The notes beneath the pieces are model-generated. The model did not search any database, had not been told where the DNA came from, and saw only the letters and a program-made list of their open reading frames with translations. From the NCBI GenBank assembly GCA_963809345.1, contig CAWEJF010000013.1, positions 57,155-121,154 on the forward strand: a stretch of 64,000 nt of DNA, given 5' to 3'. The position numbers were made by a program, and so were the translations under genes. This DNA comes from Candidatus Aminicenantes bacterium. GTDB lineage: Bacteria > Acidobacteriota > Aminicenantia > Aminicenantales > Saccharicenantaceae. This document shows, piece by piece, positions 18,126 to 29,229 of the stretch. Numbering within the stretch: the stretch's first letter is position 1; each line of letters opens with the position of its first letter.

Positions 18126-19448
18126 CTACTTGGCCAGTCTCTGGATGATGTCGAGGACCCGGATCGCCTCCTCGCCGGAGACGGTCCTCTCGGGTTCGAA
18201 CCTCCGATCCGGATTGAGGGTCATGACCTGGTAGGCGAGGGCTTTGGTGATCGAAGGAGAGTACATACTGTCCGCGGCCACGTCGGCGATCTGGATCCGC
18301 CGCGTCTCGACCAGGGGCACAAAGCGGGCCCCCCTCTTTTGAAGGACGTCGATGAGCCGGACCGCGGTGTCGGCCAGCTCGGCCCGGTTGATGATCCGCC
18401 GCGGCTGGAAGGTGTGGTTCACCGAGGCTCTGATGATCTCGAGAGAGGCGACGGTCACGATGAAACGCTCGGCCCAAGACGCCGAAATGTCGACGAGGAT
18501 CTCTGTGCGCGCGCCGGGTGTCCCCAGGATGTCCTCGAACTTGACCCCGATCAGGGCGGCCAGGTCCTCCCGGGTGATCGCTTCGAGCGCGGGGATGCCG
18601 TCGTACTGACTGGGTATCTCGTAGACGCCCAGCTTGGCCCTGAGCTCTTCGACCCGTTTGACCACGGCCGTGTCCTTCGGCTCGGCGGCGGCCAGCTTTT
18701 CGAGGACGTCGAGGCTCTGTCCGAGCTCTCCCGCCTCGGCCAGGAACTCGGCGTATTCTCGTAGGACGGCCTTATCTGCCGTGCCCGCCTCCATGGCCGC
18801 CCTGAATTGGACGAGCGCCTCGGCCGTGTTCTTCTCCTGCCGGTAGATGCGGGCCAGCTCGAGGTGAGCGTCCGCCGAATCGGGGGCGTAGGACAGAACG
18901 CGGAGGAATTCCCGCTTGGCCGTCTCGCGGTTGCCCCCGGCGAGGGCGGCGCGGGCCGCGGCCGAGGCGTCCTTGACGAGCTCGTTGCGCAGGGCCGTGT
19001 AGCGCGGCGCGGCCCAGCGATTATCGGGGTCGAGCTCGAGGATCGAGGCGTATGCGGCGAAAACCTTTTCCCGCTCGCGACGGGATTCGTAGATCTGGGC
19101 CAGGCCGACGTACGACGGGATCATCCCGGGCGTGCCCGCGATGGAGGATTTGAACCGTGCTTCGGCGGCCGCGAGGTTGGCCGAAAGGAGGTCCACGTAG
19201 GCCAGGCCCGCTTCGCGGATGGGGTTGGCCGTGCCGAGCTTCATCAGGTATTTCCTCGCCAGTTCGGGCCGTCCGGACCTGAGGGCGTCCCAGGCGTCCT
19301 CGGCCGCGATGCGGTCGTCCAGCCGCAGCCGTATCGTGGCCTCCGCCGGCAACTCCTCGACGAAGAATGCGGGCGGCGCGGGGGGGAGTGTCGCGCAGGA
19401 CCAGGCCCCGAGGAGGGCCAGCCCGATGACGGCGATCCGCTTCACCAT
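18126..19448 (-). CDS. TPR-repeat lipoprotein-like protein
   Basis: Signal/lipobox-like N-terminus (LALLGAWSC), several TPR-like helical repeats, C-terminal globular region. Confidence 0.6.
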   Translation of the reverse strand: MVKRIAVIGLALLGAWSCATLPPAPPAFFVEELPAEATIRLRLDDRIAAEDAWDALRSGRPELARKYLMKLGTANPIREAGLAYVDLLSANLAAAEARFKSSIAGTPGMIPSYVGLAQIYESRREREKVFAAYASILELDPDNRWAAPRYTALRNELVKDASAAARAALAGGNRETAKREFLRVLSYAPDSADAHLELARIYRQEKNTAEALVQFRAAMEAGTADKAVLREYAEFLAEAGELGQSLDVLEKLAAAEPKDTAVVKRVEELRAKLGVYEIPSQYDGIPALEAITREDLAALIGVKFEDILGTPGARTEILVDISASWAERFIVTVASLEIIRASVNHTFQPRRIINRAELADTAVRLIDVLQKRGARFVPLVETRRIQIADVAADSMYSPSITKALAYQVMTLNPDRRFEPERTVSGEEAIRVLDIIQRLAK

Positions 19449-20710
19449 GGCTCAGCTCCTTGCTCGAGATACGGCAGGAAATTGACGATCCCCGCCGGCT
19501 CGGCCATGACCTTGAATTCGACAAAGCGCTCGCTCTCGCGCCTTTTCAGGACGAGCGAACGGTGGGCGAGCGAGTCGGTGATCTCGCGGGTCTCCCGAGG
19601 GACCCGGATGTAATAGACTTTGTACCCGGCGAAGAGGACCTCCCGGAGCCGGCGCATGAAGTCCGAGACGCCCTCACCGGTCTTGGCCGAGAGGGCGATC
19701 GTCTGAGCATGCGCGTCGCCGTTGCGCCGGAGGAGGAGCTCCCGCTCCTCGTCGGGGAGGAGGTCGATCTTGTTGAGGACCTTGACCACCGGGACGTCGG
19801 CGACGCCGATGTCGGCCAGGATGGCCTCGACGGCGCCAAGCTGGCGCTCGCACGAAGCCGAGGCGACGTCGACGATGTGGCAGACGCAATCCGCTTCGCC
19901 GACCTCCTCGAGCGTCGCCCGGAAGGACGTGACCAGCTCGGTGGGCAGCCTCTTGATGAAGCCGACCGTGTCGGTGAGGAAGAAGAACGCGCCGTCGGGG
20001 AAGGAAACGCGCCGCAGCAGCGGGTCCAGCGTGGAAAAGAGGTTCGACGACGTGTAGCGCTGCTCTTTGGCCAGCAGGTTGAACAAGGTCGATTTCCCGG
20101 CGCTCGTGTAGCCGACGAGCGAGACCGTGGGTATGGGGCTCTTGCGGCGGCTTTCCCGCTGGCTTGAGCGCCTCTTTTGGAGGGCGTCGATGTCCCGCTT
20201 GATCCTGGCGATGCGGTCGGTGATCCGCCGTCGGTCGACCTCGAGCTTCTTCTCGCCCGGGCCGCGGGTGCCGATCCCGGCGCCCTGTTGGGTCAGGCTG
20301 AGCCCTTTGCCCCGCAGGCGCGGCAGGCGGTAGCTCAGCTGGGCCAGTTCCACCTGGAGCTTGCCCTCGTTCGTCCGGGCCCGCTGGGCGAAGATGTCGA
20401 GGATGAGCTGGGTCCGGTCGATGACCTTGACTTTGATCTCGTCCTCGAGGTTTCTCTGCTGGGCCCCGTTGAGGGTGTGGTCGAAGATGACGAGGTCCGC
20501 CGCGGCCTCCCCGACCTCTCGGGCGATGTCGGCGACCTTGCCCTCGCCGACGAGCCAGCGGGGGTTGAGGCGCGGCCGGACCTGGAAGGCCTTGCCGGCC
20601 ACCTCGGCCCCGGCCGCGGCGGCCAGGCCGGCCAGCTCGGCCATGGACTCCTCGGCCTCTTCCTTTTCGGCCTTGGTCGTGGCCACGTTGACGAGAATAG
20701 CGCGTTCCAT
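19442..20710 (-). CDS. hflX: GTPase HflX
   Basis: HflX N-domain, then G1 GYTSAGKST, G3 DTVGF, G4 NKID. Confidence 0.9.
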   Translation of the reverse strand: MERAILVNVATTKAEKEEAEESMAELAGLAAAAGAEVAGKAFQVRPRLNPRWLVGEGKVADIAREVGEAAADLVIFDHTLNGAQQRNLEDEIKVKVIDRTQLILDIFAQRARTNEGKLQVELAQLSYRLPRLRGKGLSLTQQGAGIGTRGPGEKKLEVDRRRITDRIARIKRDIDALQKRRSSQRESRRKSPIPTVSLVGYTSAGKSTLFNLLAKEQRYTSSNLFSTLDPLLRRVSFPDGAFFFLTDTVGFIKRLPTELVTSFRATLEEVGEADCVCHIVDVASASCERQLGAVEAILADIGVADVPVVKVLNKIDLLPDEERELLLRRNGDAHAQTIALSAKTGEGVSDFMRRLREVLFAGYKVYYIRVPRETREITDSLAHRSLVLKRRESERFVEFKVMAEPAGIVNFLPYLEQGAEPW

Positions 20711-20725
20711 GATGATCCAGCGTCC

Positions 20726-21649
20726 CTATTGTAATTGGTTTTGGATGTATTGCTCAAGGCCGGGCCCGTCATCAGGGGAGAACCAGACGACACCGGCCAT
20801 CTTCCGGAACCATGTCATCTGCCGCTTGGCGTATTGACGCGTCTCGATCTTGGTCAGCGCGACGGCCTCCTCGCGCCCGATCTCGCCGTGGAGGAGCTTG
20901 AGGACATGGCTGTATCCGAGGGCCCGGAAAGGCGGGGCCGCCTCCGGGACGCCCCGTTCGAGGAGCTCCCTGACCTCGTCGATGAGGCCGCGGGCGAACA
21001 TCCGCTCGACGCGCTCCTCGATGCGCCGGCAGAGCGCCTCGCGCTCCAGCCGGAGGCCGAGGCGAAGGACGGTCCGGCCCGCGACCGGCGAGCGGGTCTC
21101 GCGGAAGTGCTCGGAGATGGGCCGTCCGGTCGCCGCGTGGACCTCGAGGGCACGGATGATGCGGACGCGGTCCCGGCTGCGGACCTTCCTGGCGTATTCC
21201 GGGTCGACGGCTTCGAGACGGCGGAACAGGGCATCGAGTCCCTGCTCTCGGGCTTCGGCCTCGAGAGCCGCCCTTATCGCCGGGTCGCGGCCCGGGCCGG
21301 GGAAAAGGCCGTCGGCGAGGGCCTTGATGTAGAGGCCGGTGCCGCCGGCGACGATGGGCAGCCGCCCCCGGGCGGCGATGCCCCGGGCGGCTTCGAGCGC
21401 GTCCCGGACGAAATCGGCGGCCGTGTACTGGACCTCGGGTCCGACGATGTCGATGAGGTGATGGGGGACGCTCCGCCGTTCTTCGGGGCCCGGCTTGGCC
21501 GTGCCGATGTCGAAACCCCGGTAGACCTGGATGGAGTCGCCGCTGATGACCTCGCCGCCGAGGTGGAGCGCCAGGTCGACGGCGACGCGGCTCTTGCCGA
21601 CGGCGGTCGGCCCGAGGACGATAACGAGGACGGGGGCTTCAGGTTCCAA
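20726..21649 (-). CDS. miaA: tRNA dimethylallyltransferase
   Basis: P-loop GPTAVGKS, and DSIQVYRGFDIGTAKP. Confidence 0.9.
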   Translation of the reverse strand: MEPEAPVLVIVLGPTAVGKSRVAVDLALHLGGEVISGDSIQVYRGFDIGTAKPGPEERRSVPHHLIDIVGPEVQYTAADFVRDALEAARGIAARGRLPIVAGGTGLYIKALADGLFPGPGRDPAIRAALEAEAREQGLDALFRRLEAVDPEYARKVRSRDRVRIIRALEVHAATGRPISEHFRETRSPVAGRTVLRLGLRLEREALCRRIEERVERMFARGLIDEVRELLERGVPEAAPPFRALGYSHVLKLLHGEIGREEAVALTKIETRQYAKRQMTWFRKMAGVVWFSPDDGPGLEQYIQNQLQ

Positions 21650-21715
21650 TTTCGATGAGGATCCAGAGGGCGATCAGGGAGACGAAGAGCAGGAGGGCGA
21701 GAAGCTGGCGCCGCT

Positions 21716-22822
21716 TCACGGGGCCTCTCCCAGCTTCTCCAGGCTCCGGACGAGGGCGGACTCGTGTTCGGGGCCGAGCGTCCGCTTGACGACCAGGACC
21801 TCGGCGGCGAGGATCTCGTCCATGCTCCTCAGCATCGAGCGGCGGCCATCGTCGCCGACGATGTTCGCGCTCACCCGGATCAGCGACTTGAGCTCGAGGC
21901 GTCCGTCCGGCTTGAGCGCCGCGGCCTGGAAAGCCGGGTCGAGGCGGCCCCGGACCTCCTCGAGGGCCTTTCCGATCATGCTGAAGGCGACGGGTCCGAT
22001 CTCTTTCGAGACGTACTTGAAGATGAAGGCGCACTTGGCGTTGAAGAGGCCCATGATCCGGTCCATCCCCGCGAGCGACATGTCGCCGGCGAGCTTCCCT
22101 GTCTTCGGCTTGGTGCCCGCCGTGCCGGCCAAGCCGAGGAGGAGCAGGGCGAAGAGGGACCGGCGGGTCTCGTCCGCGCCGACGTCGCTCCCGGCGCAGA
22201 TCTCATCGCGGGTCTTCGGAGGATCGAGGAGGCCGAGGACGTACTTCTCGGTGAGGGAGAGGCGGAACGCGTCCGCCGAAAAGGCCGGGAGCCGCCGGAC
22301 GACTTCGCCGCGCGCCGGCAGGACCTTGTCCAACGCCGCGTCGTCCTTCATCCGCCGGGCGCCCTCGAGCAGGAGGCTCGGTACGTCGATCGCGTCGACG
22401 TAGGCGCGGGCCGTGGGGCCGCTTCGAGTGTGAAACTCCCGGCCGGCTTCCGCGCTCTCGAAAAGGGCCAGCACCTCTTCCCGGGCGTAGGACTGGAGGA
22501 GCGTCCACAGACGCTCGGGCTCGAAGACCCTGGTCTCGACGAGGGACCGGAGCGTCGAGCCTTCCGTCCTCTGGGCGTGCTCTTCGACGCGGGTCAGGGC
22601 GATGAAGTCCGTCTCGCCTGTGGTCAACAGGAAGCGCAAGAAATCCTTTTCTTCGAACGACACGGAATCGAGGACGAGAAAGCCCCGCTCGAAGGACAGA
22701 CACTTCGGGACGCCGCCGGCCTGGACGTAGAGCGAACCGCTGAGGCCCTGCCTCCAGATCTCGGCCAGGACGCGGGCGACGGGGGCGCGGGAGAATTCCT
22801 CGGAGGCGAACCATTCGTCCAT
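21716..22822 (-). CDS. Hypothetical protein (DUF4388-like N-terminal domain)
   Basis: N-terminal LAEIWRQGLSGSLYV...FERGFLV resembles DUF4388. Remainder unassigned. Confidence 0.5.
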   Translation of the reverse strand: MDEWFASEEFSRAPVARVLAEIWRQGLSGSLYVQAGGVPKCLSFERGFLVLDSVSFEEKDFLRFLLTTGETDFIALTRVEEHAQRTEGSTLRSLVETRVFEPERLWTLLQSYAREEVLALFESAEAGREFHTRSGPTARAYVDAIDVPSLLLEGARRMKDDAALDKVLPARGEVVRRLPAFSADAFRLSLTEKYVLGLLDPPKTRDEICAGSDVGADETRRSLFALLLLGLAGTAGTKPKTGKLAGDMSLAGMDRIMGLFNAKCAFIFKYVSKEIGPVAFSMIGKALEEVRGRLDPAFQAAALKPDGRLELKSLIRVSANIVGDDGRRSMLRSMDEILAAEVLVVKRTLGPEHESALVRSLEKLGEAP

Positions 22823-22858
22823 GGCCTTACTCTAACGACCGATGGACGCGAAGTCAAT

Positions 22859-23566
22859 CTAGCGAAGGAAGCTCATGCCGATGAGGCCGATGCCGATGTT
22901 GGCCAGGGCCTTGAGGAACCACATCCCATAGGACAGGGCCAGGGCCTTGCCGGGCTTGATCTTGAAGATGGCCGCCAGGCCTAAGGCCAGGATGCCGAAC
23001 ATCCAGAGCTGGAAGAAATCGATCTGGGTCAAGATGACGTACGGCGTTGACGTGATCTCCATCTTGGGGAAGAGCAAAGCCAGGCTGGTCGAGGTCTGCA
23101 TCACGGACTGACGGGTCAGCGCAAGGACCAGTCGGACGGCGTTCCCTAATAGGGTATTGACGAGGCTGGCGTGGACGAGCGCCGACAGGACCTGGACGTA
23201 GGTCCCCTGGGTGGAGAGGAGCCGGCCGAGGATGAGCAGGAGAAGGCTCTGGAGGAGCAGCGCGGCGAGGGTGAACAGCGGCGTCGTGACGAAGATCTGA
23301 ATGATCCGGCCGGACTGCGGGGGGTTCTCGGTCCTCTCGATCAGCTTGGCGTAGCTGTCCTCGCCCATCCGCTCCTTGAGCGCGGCGTTGTCCTTCATCA
23401 GGGCGAGCTGGTCCTTCTGCATGTAGGGGAGGATGATGAAGTTGAAGGCGATGAGGGCGACGAGGACGATGACGAGCGTGTCGATCCAGACGGGTCTGAC
23501 GGCCAGCCCTTCGAAGGTCGGACGCGGGCTGAAGAACACGCCTTCGATGCGCTTGAAGAGGTTCAT
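22859..23566 (-). CDS. Yip1-like 5-TM membrane protein, translationally coupled to the upstream ABC ATPase
   Basis: [21 protein letters not shown]... then 5 predicted TM helices. Start overlaps the ATPase stop (ATGA). Confidence 0.5.
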   Translation of the reverse strand: MNLFKRIEGVFFSPRPTFEGLAVRPVWIDTLVIVLVALIAFNFIILPYMQKDQLALMKDNAALKERMGEDSYAKLIERTENPPQSGRIIQIFVTTPLFTLAALLLQSLLLLILGRLLSTQGTYVQVLSALVHASLVNTLLGNAVRLVLALTRQSVMQTSTSLALLFPKMEITSTPYVILTQIDFFQLWMFGILALGLAAIFKIKPGKALALSYGMWFLKALANIGIGLIGMSFLR

Positions 23567-24270
23567 GGCGAGGCTCCTTTCCGTTCGTCCTTCTCGATCT
23601 GGCCGTCGCGGATGTGGATGATGCGCTGGGCCTGATCGGCGACTTCGCGGTCGTGGGTGACCATGATGATCGTGTTCCCTTGCTCGTGGATGCGGTGGAA
23701 GAGGTTGAGGATCTCGCGGCCCGTCCGGGAGTCGAGGTTCCCCGTCGGCTCGTCGGCGAGGAGGAGCGAGGGCTCGTTGACGAGGGCCCGGGCGATGGCC
23801 ACGCGTTGGCGCTCGCCGCCCGACAGCTCGGCCGGCTTGTGGTTCATCCGGGCCTTCATCTCGACCCGTTCGAGGGCCCGCCGGGCCTTCTCTTCGCGCA
23901 CGGCCTTCTTCGTCCCGGCGTAAACGAGGGGCAGCTCGACGTTGTGGAAGGCCGAGGCCCGCGGCAGGAGGTTGAAGACCTGGAAGACGAAGCCGATCTC
24001 GTGGTTCCGCGTGAAGGCCAGCTCGTCCTCGGACATGGCGCTGACGAGCTTGCCGTTGAGGCGGTAGATGCCGGAGGTCGGCGTGTCGAGGCAGCCGATG
24101 AGGTTCATCAGGGTCGACTTGCCCGATCCGGACGGACCCATGATGGCCACGAACTCGTTCCGCTCGACCGTCAGGGACACGCCGCGCAGGGCCTCGACCT
24201 CCTGCTCGTCGAGCTTGTAGACTTTCCAGAGGTCCTCGGCGAAGATGACGAAGGGGTCCGGCCCGCTCAT
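23563..24270 (-). CDS. ABC transporter ATP-binding protein (MacB/LolD/FtsE-like)
   Basis: Walker [10 protein letters not shown], signature [15 protein letters not shown], Walker [13 protein letters not shown]. Confidence 0.85.
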   Translation of the reverse strand: MSGPDPFVIFAEDLWKVYKLDEQEVEALRGVSLTVERNEFVAIMGPSGSGKSTLMNLIGCLDTPTSGIYRLNGKLVSAMSEDELAFTRNHEIGFVFQVFNLLPRASAFHNVELPLVYAGTKKAVREEKARRALERVEMKARMNHKPAELSGGERQRVAIARALVNEPSLLLADEPTGNLDSRTGREILNLFHRIHEQGNTIIMVTHDREVADQAQRIIHIRDGQIEKDERKGASP

Positions 24271-25514
24271 GAGGTCTTGGCTTCCTTTGTCGTTTCCGCC
24301 TTGATCAGGACGCCGTCCTTGAGCTCGCGCAGGGAGGCATAGGGACCGGTGACGATCTCCTGCCCCTCCTTGAGGCCCGAGGTGATCTCGATCATCATGC
24401 CGCCGGTGATGCCCTTGCCGACCGGCGCGAACTTGACCCTCTGGGCTTCGACCGTGTAAACGCCTTCCTCCTCGCGGGCCGCCGCGGGGGCGTCCTTGGC
24501 GACGCCTTCCTTCTCCCGCAGGACGAGCGACGAAATGGGCACGGCCAGGACCTGAGTCTTCTCGGCCACGATGATGTCGGCCGAAGCGGACAGCCCGGGC
24601 TTGAGCTTCCGGGCCGGGTTGTCGAGCGTGACGACGACCTTGAAGTCCTTGGATTCCTGGGTCGAAAGGCCGCCCGTCGCCTTCTGGAGGGCGGAGCTGC
24701 CGATCTCGGTGACCTTGCCCTCGAAGACCGTGTCCGGCATGGCGTCGACGCGGACCTTGGCCTGCTGCGCGAGGGTAACGCCGACGACGTCGGTCTCGTC
24801 GACCTCGACCTCGACCTCCATGACCGACAGGTCAGCGATCGTCAGCATGACCGTGCCGGGATTGTTCATCGTGCCGATGATGGCCACCTCGCCTTCCTCG
24901 ACCTGAAGGCTGGTGATGATCCCGTCGATCGGGGAGGTATAGGTCGTCTTGGTCAGGTTGTCCGTCGTGCTCCTGAGGGAGGCCTCGGCCTGCTTGATCT
25001 GGAATTCGATGGCATTCATCTGGGCCACGGAGACGTCGTATTGGGCCTTGGCCGCCTCCAGCTGGTCCTTGGAGATGAGATTGTCGTCGAAGAGCTGCTG
25101 CTGGCGGTCGAAGGAGTTCTTGTCCCTCTTCAAACGGGCCTCCGCCTGGATGCGGTCGGCGTTGGCGGCCCGGATGAAGTTCTGATCGCGGTCGGCGATG
25201 GCCTCGTATTGGGTCGAATCGAGCTTGAGCAGAAAGTCGCCGGCCTTGACCTCCTGGCCTTCGACGACGCCGATCTTGATGATCCGGCCGGGGACTTGGG
25301 CGCTGATGTTGATGTTCTTCTTAGGCTTGATCTCGCCGGAAGCCGAGATGATGGAGGTCAGGTTCTGGTTCTTGACCTTGTCCACGGTCACTTTCACCGT
25401 CTTTTCCCGGCGGGACTGCAGGTTGGCGATGACGATGGCGCCGAGCGCCACCAGGACGGCCAGTACGATCAGCAGCTTTTTGCGCCGCTTGAAGAAACTC
25501 GCCTTTTCACTCAT
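24267..25514 (-). CDS. Efflux periplasmic adaptor subunit (HlyD/MacA family)
   Basis: N-terminal TM anchor, long coiled-coil, lipoyl/beta-barrel segments. 4-nt overlap with the ATPase gene. Confidence 0.8.
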   Translation of the reverse strand: MSEKASFFKRRKKLLIVLAVLVALGAIVIANLQSRREKTVKVTVDKVKNQNLTSIISASGEIKPKKNINISAQVPGRIIKIGVVEGQEVKAGDFLLKLDSTQYEAIADRDQNFIRAANADRIQAEARLKRDKNSFDRQQQLFDDNLISKDQLEAAKAQYDVSVAQMNAIEFQIKQAEASLRSTTDNLTKTTYTSPIDGIITSLQVEEGEVAIIGTMNNPGTVMLTIADLSVMEVEVEVDETDVVGVTLAQQAKVRVDAMPDTVFEGKVTEIGSSALQKATGGLSTQESKDFKVVVTLDNPARKLKPGLSASADIIVAEKTQVLAVPISSLVLREKEGVAKDAPAAAREEEGVYTVEAQRVKFAPVGKGITGGMMIEITSGLKEGQEIVTGPYASLRELKDGVLIKAETTKEAKTS

Positions 25515-25661
25515 GGGTACAGCCTTTCCGGTCGGGTTCGATAGTCTTCCGTCTATTATACTACGGAAACAAGCCGTCCGGGTTCAGGTGCCAGGCGATA
25601 AGGCCCCGGAAAGCCGCGTCCCGAATTCCCTTGTCTGCCAAAGGTTTCCCCGCTAAGATAA

Positions 25662-26477
25662 ATGCCTATGGACGATCTTAAAGAATTGGCCGGGGTCGGC
25701 GAGGCCGTCGTCCGCGAGGCCGGACGATATCTGCGGGCGAACCTCGGCCGGCGCGTCGAGGCCTCCTTCAAGGGGGCGGTCGACCTGGTGACCCCGTTCG
25801 ACGTCGGGGCCCAGGAGATCCTCGTCGACCGCCTCGCCTCGGCCTTCCCGACCCACGGTTTCCTGGCCGAGGAGGGCCTGGCCCGGACCGGGAGCTCCGA
25901 TTGCCGCTGGATCATCGACCCCCTCGACGGCACGACGAACTTCGCCCACGGCTTCCCCGTCTTCAGCGTCTCGGCGGCCCTCGAATGCGCCGGCCGGAGG
26001 GTCCTCGGCTTCGTCTACGATCCGATGCGCGAGGAGATGTTCCGGGCCGAGGCAGGAGCAGGGGCCTTCCTCAACGACGCCCCGATCCGTGTCTCCGGCG
26101 TCTCTGAGCTGGGCCGCAGCCTTCTCGCCACGGGCTTTCCTTACGACGTCCGGATGAGCCCGGTGAACAACCTCGACCATTGGGGGCGGTTCATCGTGCG
26201 CGCCCAGGCCATCCGGCGCTGCGGTTCGGCGGCCCTCGACCTGTGTTACGTCGCCTGCGGCCGGTTCGACGGGTTCTGGGAGCTCAAGCTCAAGCCCTGG
26301 GATGTGGCCGCCGGGGCCCTGATGGTCACCGAGGCGGGCGGCCAGGTCACGGACTTCGCGGGGCAGCCTTTTGCGCTCGCCGCGCCGGGCGTCGTGGCGA
26401 CAAACGGGCTCATCCACCCGGCCATCGTCGAAGTCCTGAACATGGCCGGGCCGAAAGGGGAGGGCGATGGCCGCTAA
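25662..26477 (+). CDS. suhB: Inositol monophosphatase family protein
   Basis: WIIDPLDGTTNF...FSVSAALE and DLCYVACGRFDGFWE motifs. Confidence 0.8.
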   Translation: MPMDDLKELAGVGEAVVREAGRYLRANLGRRVEASFKGAVDLVTPFDVGAQEILVDRLASAFPTHGFLAEEGLARTGSSDCRWIIDPLDGTTNFAHGFPVFSVSAALECAGRRVLGFVYDPMREEMFRAEAGAGAFLNDAPIRVSGVSELGRSLLATGFPYDVRMSPVNNLDHWGRFIVRAQAIRRCGSAALDLCYVACGRFDGFWELKLKPWDVAAGALMVTEAGGQVTDFAGQPFALAAPGVVATNGLIHPAIVEVLNMAGPKGEGDGR

Positions 26478-26997
26478 GATATCGACCCGGTCAGTCCTCG
26501 CCGTCGGAGCCGGACTCCTCGGGCTGGCCGCGCTCGCCGCGGGCTGGGGCTCCCCCCAGGTCCCCGGCCAGATCGCGGTCCCCCCGCTCGAAAAGACGGT
26601 CATCGTACCGGCCGACTCCGGCTGGGTGGACACGGCGATCGACGTCGGGCCCGGAGATGAGCTTCGCTTTTCCGCCTCGGGGGAGATCGACCTGCAGAGA
26701 GGGAACCCCGAAGCCGTCTGCGGCGCCGGGGGGATCGATCTCATCACGGGCGAGCAGCCCATCCCGAACGCCAACCTCGGGGCGCTCATCGGCAAGGTCG
26801 TCCAGCTTGTCGCCAGCCGTGTCGACGAAGATTCGGGGATGGAGGTCCGCGACGAGATCTTCGCCCTGTTCCTCATCGGGCAAGAGAACACCGTGACCGT
26901 TCCCTTCAAGGGGCGGCTCTATCTTGGCGTCAACGAGAACGTCCTCAAAGACAACGGGGGTCAGTTCTCGGTCGTCGTCATCCGGCGCCCGCTTTGA
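26467..26997 (+). CDS. Secreted hypothetical protein (beta-sandwich, possibly PA-IL/LecA-like lectin fold)
   Basis: Signal peptide. SGWVDTAIDVGPGDELRFSASGEIDL pattern reminiscent of LecA-type lectins (weak). 11-nt overlap with suhB. Confidence 0.4.
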   Translation: MAAKISTRSVLAVGAGLLGLAALAAGWGSPQVPGQIAVPPLEKTVIVPADSGWVDTAIDVGPGDELRFSASGEIDLQRGNPEAVCGAGGIDLITGEQPIPNANLGALIGKVVQLVASRVDEDSGMEVRDEIFALFLIGQENTVTVPFKGRLYLGVNENVLKDNGGQFSVVVIRRPL

Positions 26998-27010
26998 AGG
27001 GCTGCCGCCC

Positions 27011-28369
<1,359 letters not shown>

Positions 28370-28375
28370 CGGTCC

Positions 28376-28903
28376 TCAGCTCTCCGGCAGGATGGCGAAG
28401 AGCTTCTGCCCGAACTCCACGGGCCTGGCGTTGTCGACGTAGATCTCGACGATCGTCCCGTCGACGTCCGCCTCGATCTCGTTCATGAGCTTCATGGCTT
28501 CGATGATGCAGAGGGTCTTGCCCTTCTTGACATGGTCACCGATGTCGACGAACGGGGCCGAGGTCGGGTCGGGCGCCCGGTAGAACGTTCCGACCATCGG
28601 AGATGTGATCATGCGATGGCCTTTGGCGGCTTCAGCCGCCTGGACGCGGGCTTCGGCCGCGGCGACGGCCTCCGGCGTCAGGGCCGGGGCGGCGGGGGCA
28701 GGTGCCGGGGCCGGGGCCGCGGGCGGCGCATTCCGGGAGATCTTGACCTTCAGGCCTTCGACCTCGAGCTCGAACACCGAGAGGTTCTTCTCCTCGAGTA
28801 AGCCGACGAGCTTACGGATCTCGTCGTAGTCGATCTTGCCGCCCATGGCGCTTTCCTCGGGTCCGACAGGCTTGTTGTTCTTGTCGCTCATGCCCTTGTT
28901 CAC
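28376..28903 (-). CDS. accB: Acetyl-CoA carboxylase biotin carboxyl carrier protein
   Basis: Ala/Pro linker and the C-terminal biotinyl domain with EAMKLMNEI. True start may be one of the internal Met codons. Confidence 0.85.
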   Translation of the reverse strand: MNKGMSDKNNKPVGPEESAMGGKIDYDEIRKLVGLLEEKNLSVFELEVEGLKVKISRNAPPAAPAPAPAPAAPALTPEAVAAAEARVQAAEAAKGHRMITSPMVGTFYRAPDPTSAPFVDIGDHVKKGKTLCIIEAMKLMNEIEADVDGTIVEIYVDNARPVEFGQKLFAILPES

Positions 28904-29229
28904 CTCTCCAGATGTGTTTTACCTTATCGGCATCCCCCCTCTTTGTCAAGGAGCGGCTTGTGGGCAGCCTCCCCTCCTGGAAAAGTTTAAAAACGCCGTT
29001 CAGTGCGCCGGACTCGGCGCTAAAACAACTCGCTCGGCGTGCGCTACGCCTCGCTCAAACACGTTTTGGCGGTTTCCCCTGAAACTGCCCTCGTCCGTCA
29101 CGCTGCCCGGCTAAACTTTTCCAATGTCGGGTTCGGCTGCCCACTTCGCCGCCAGTTCCCCCCCCCAAAAAGGGCTCCAAGTTGACGGACAGGGGAGCTT
29201 TCCTTAAGATGGCCCGAGGGACAGGAACG

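Noticed and set aside
21639-21722. 26-codon hydrophobic mini-ORF (VKRRQLLALLLFVSLIALWILIEIGT) overlapping the miaA start
   Set aside because: Too short. No RBS. A GTG start is the only option. It is probably a chance ORF in the miaA 5' region, though a small membrane peptide cannot be excluded.
28904-29229. Considered as SRP RNA (ffs) because it precedes ffh
   Set aside because: No helix-8 GGAA tetraloop context or conserved SRP Alu/S-domain sequence.
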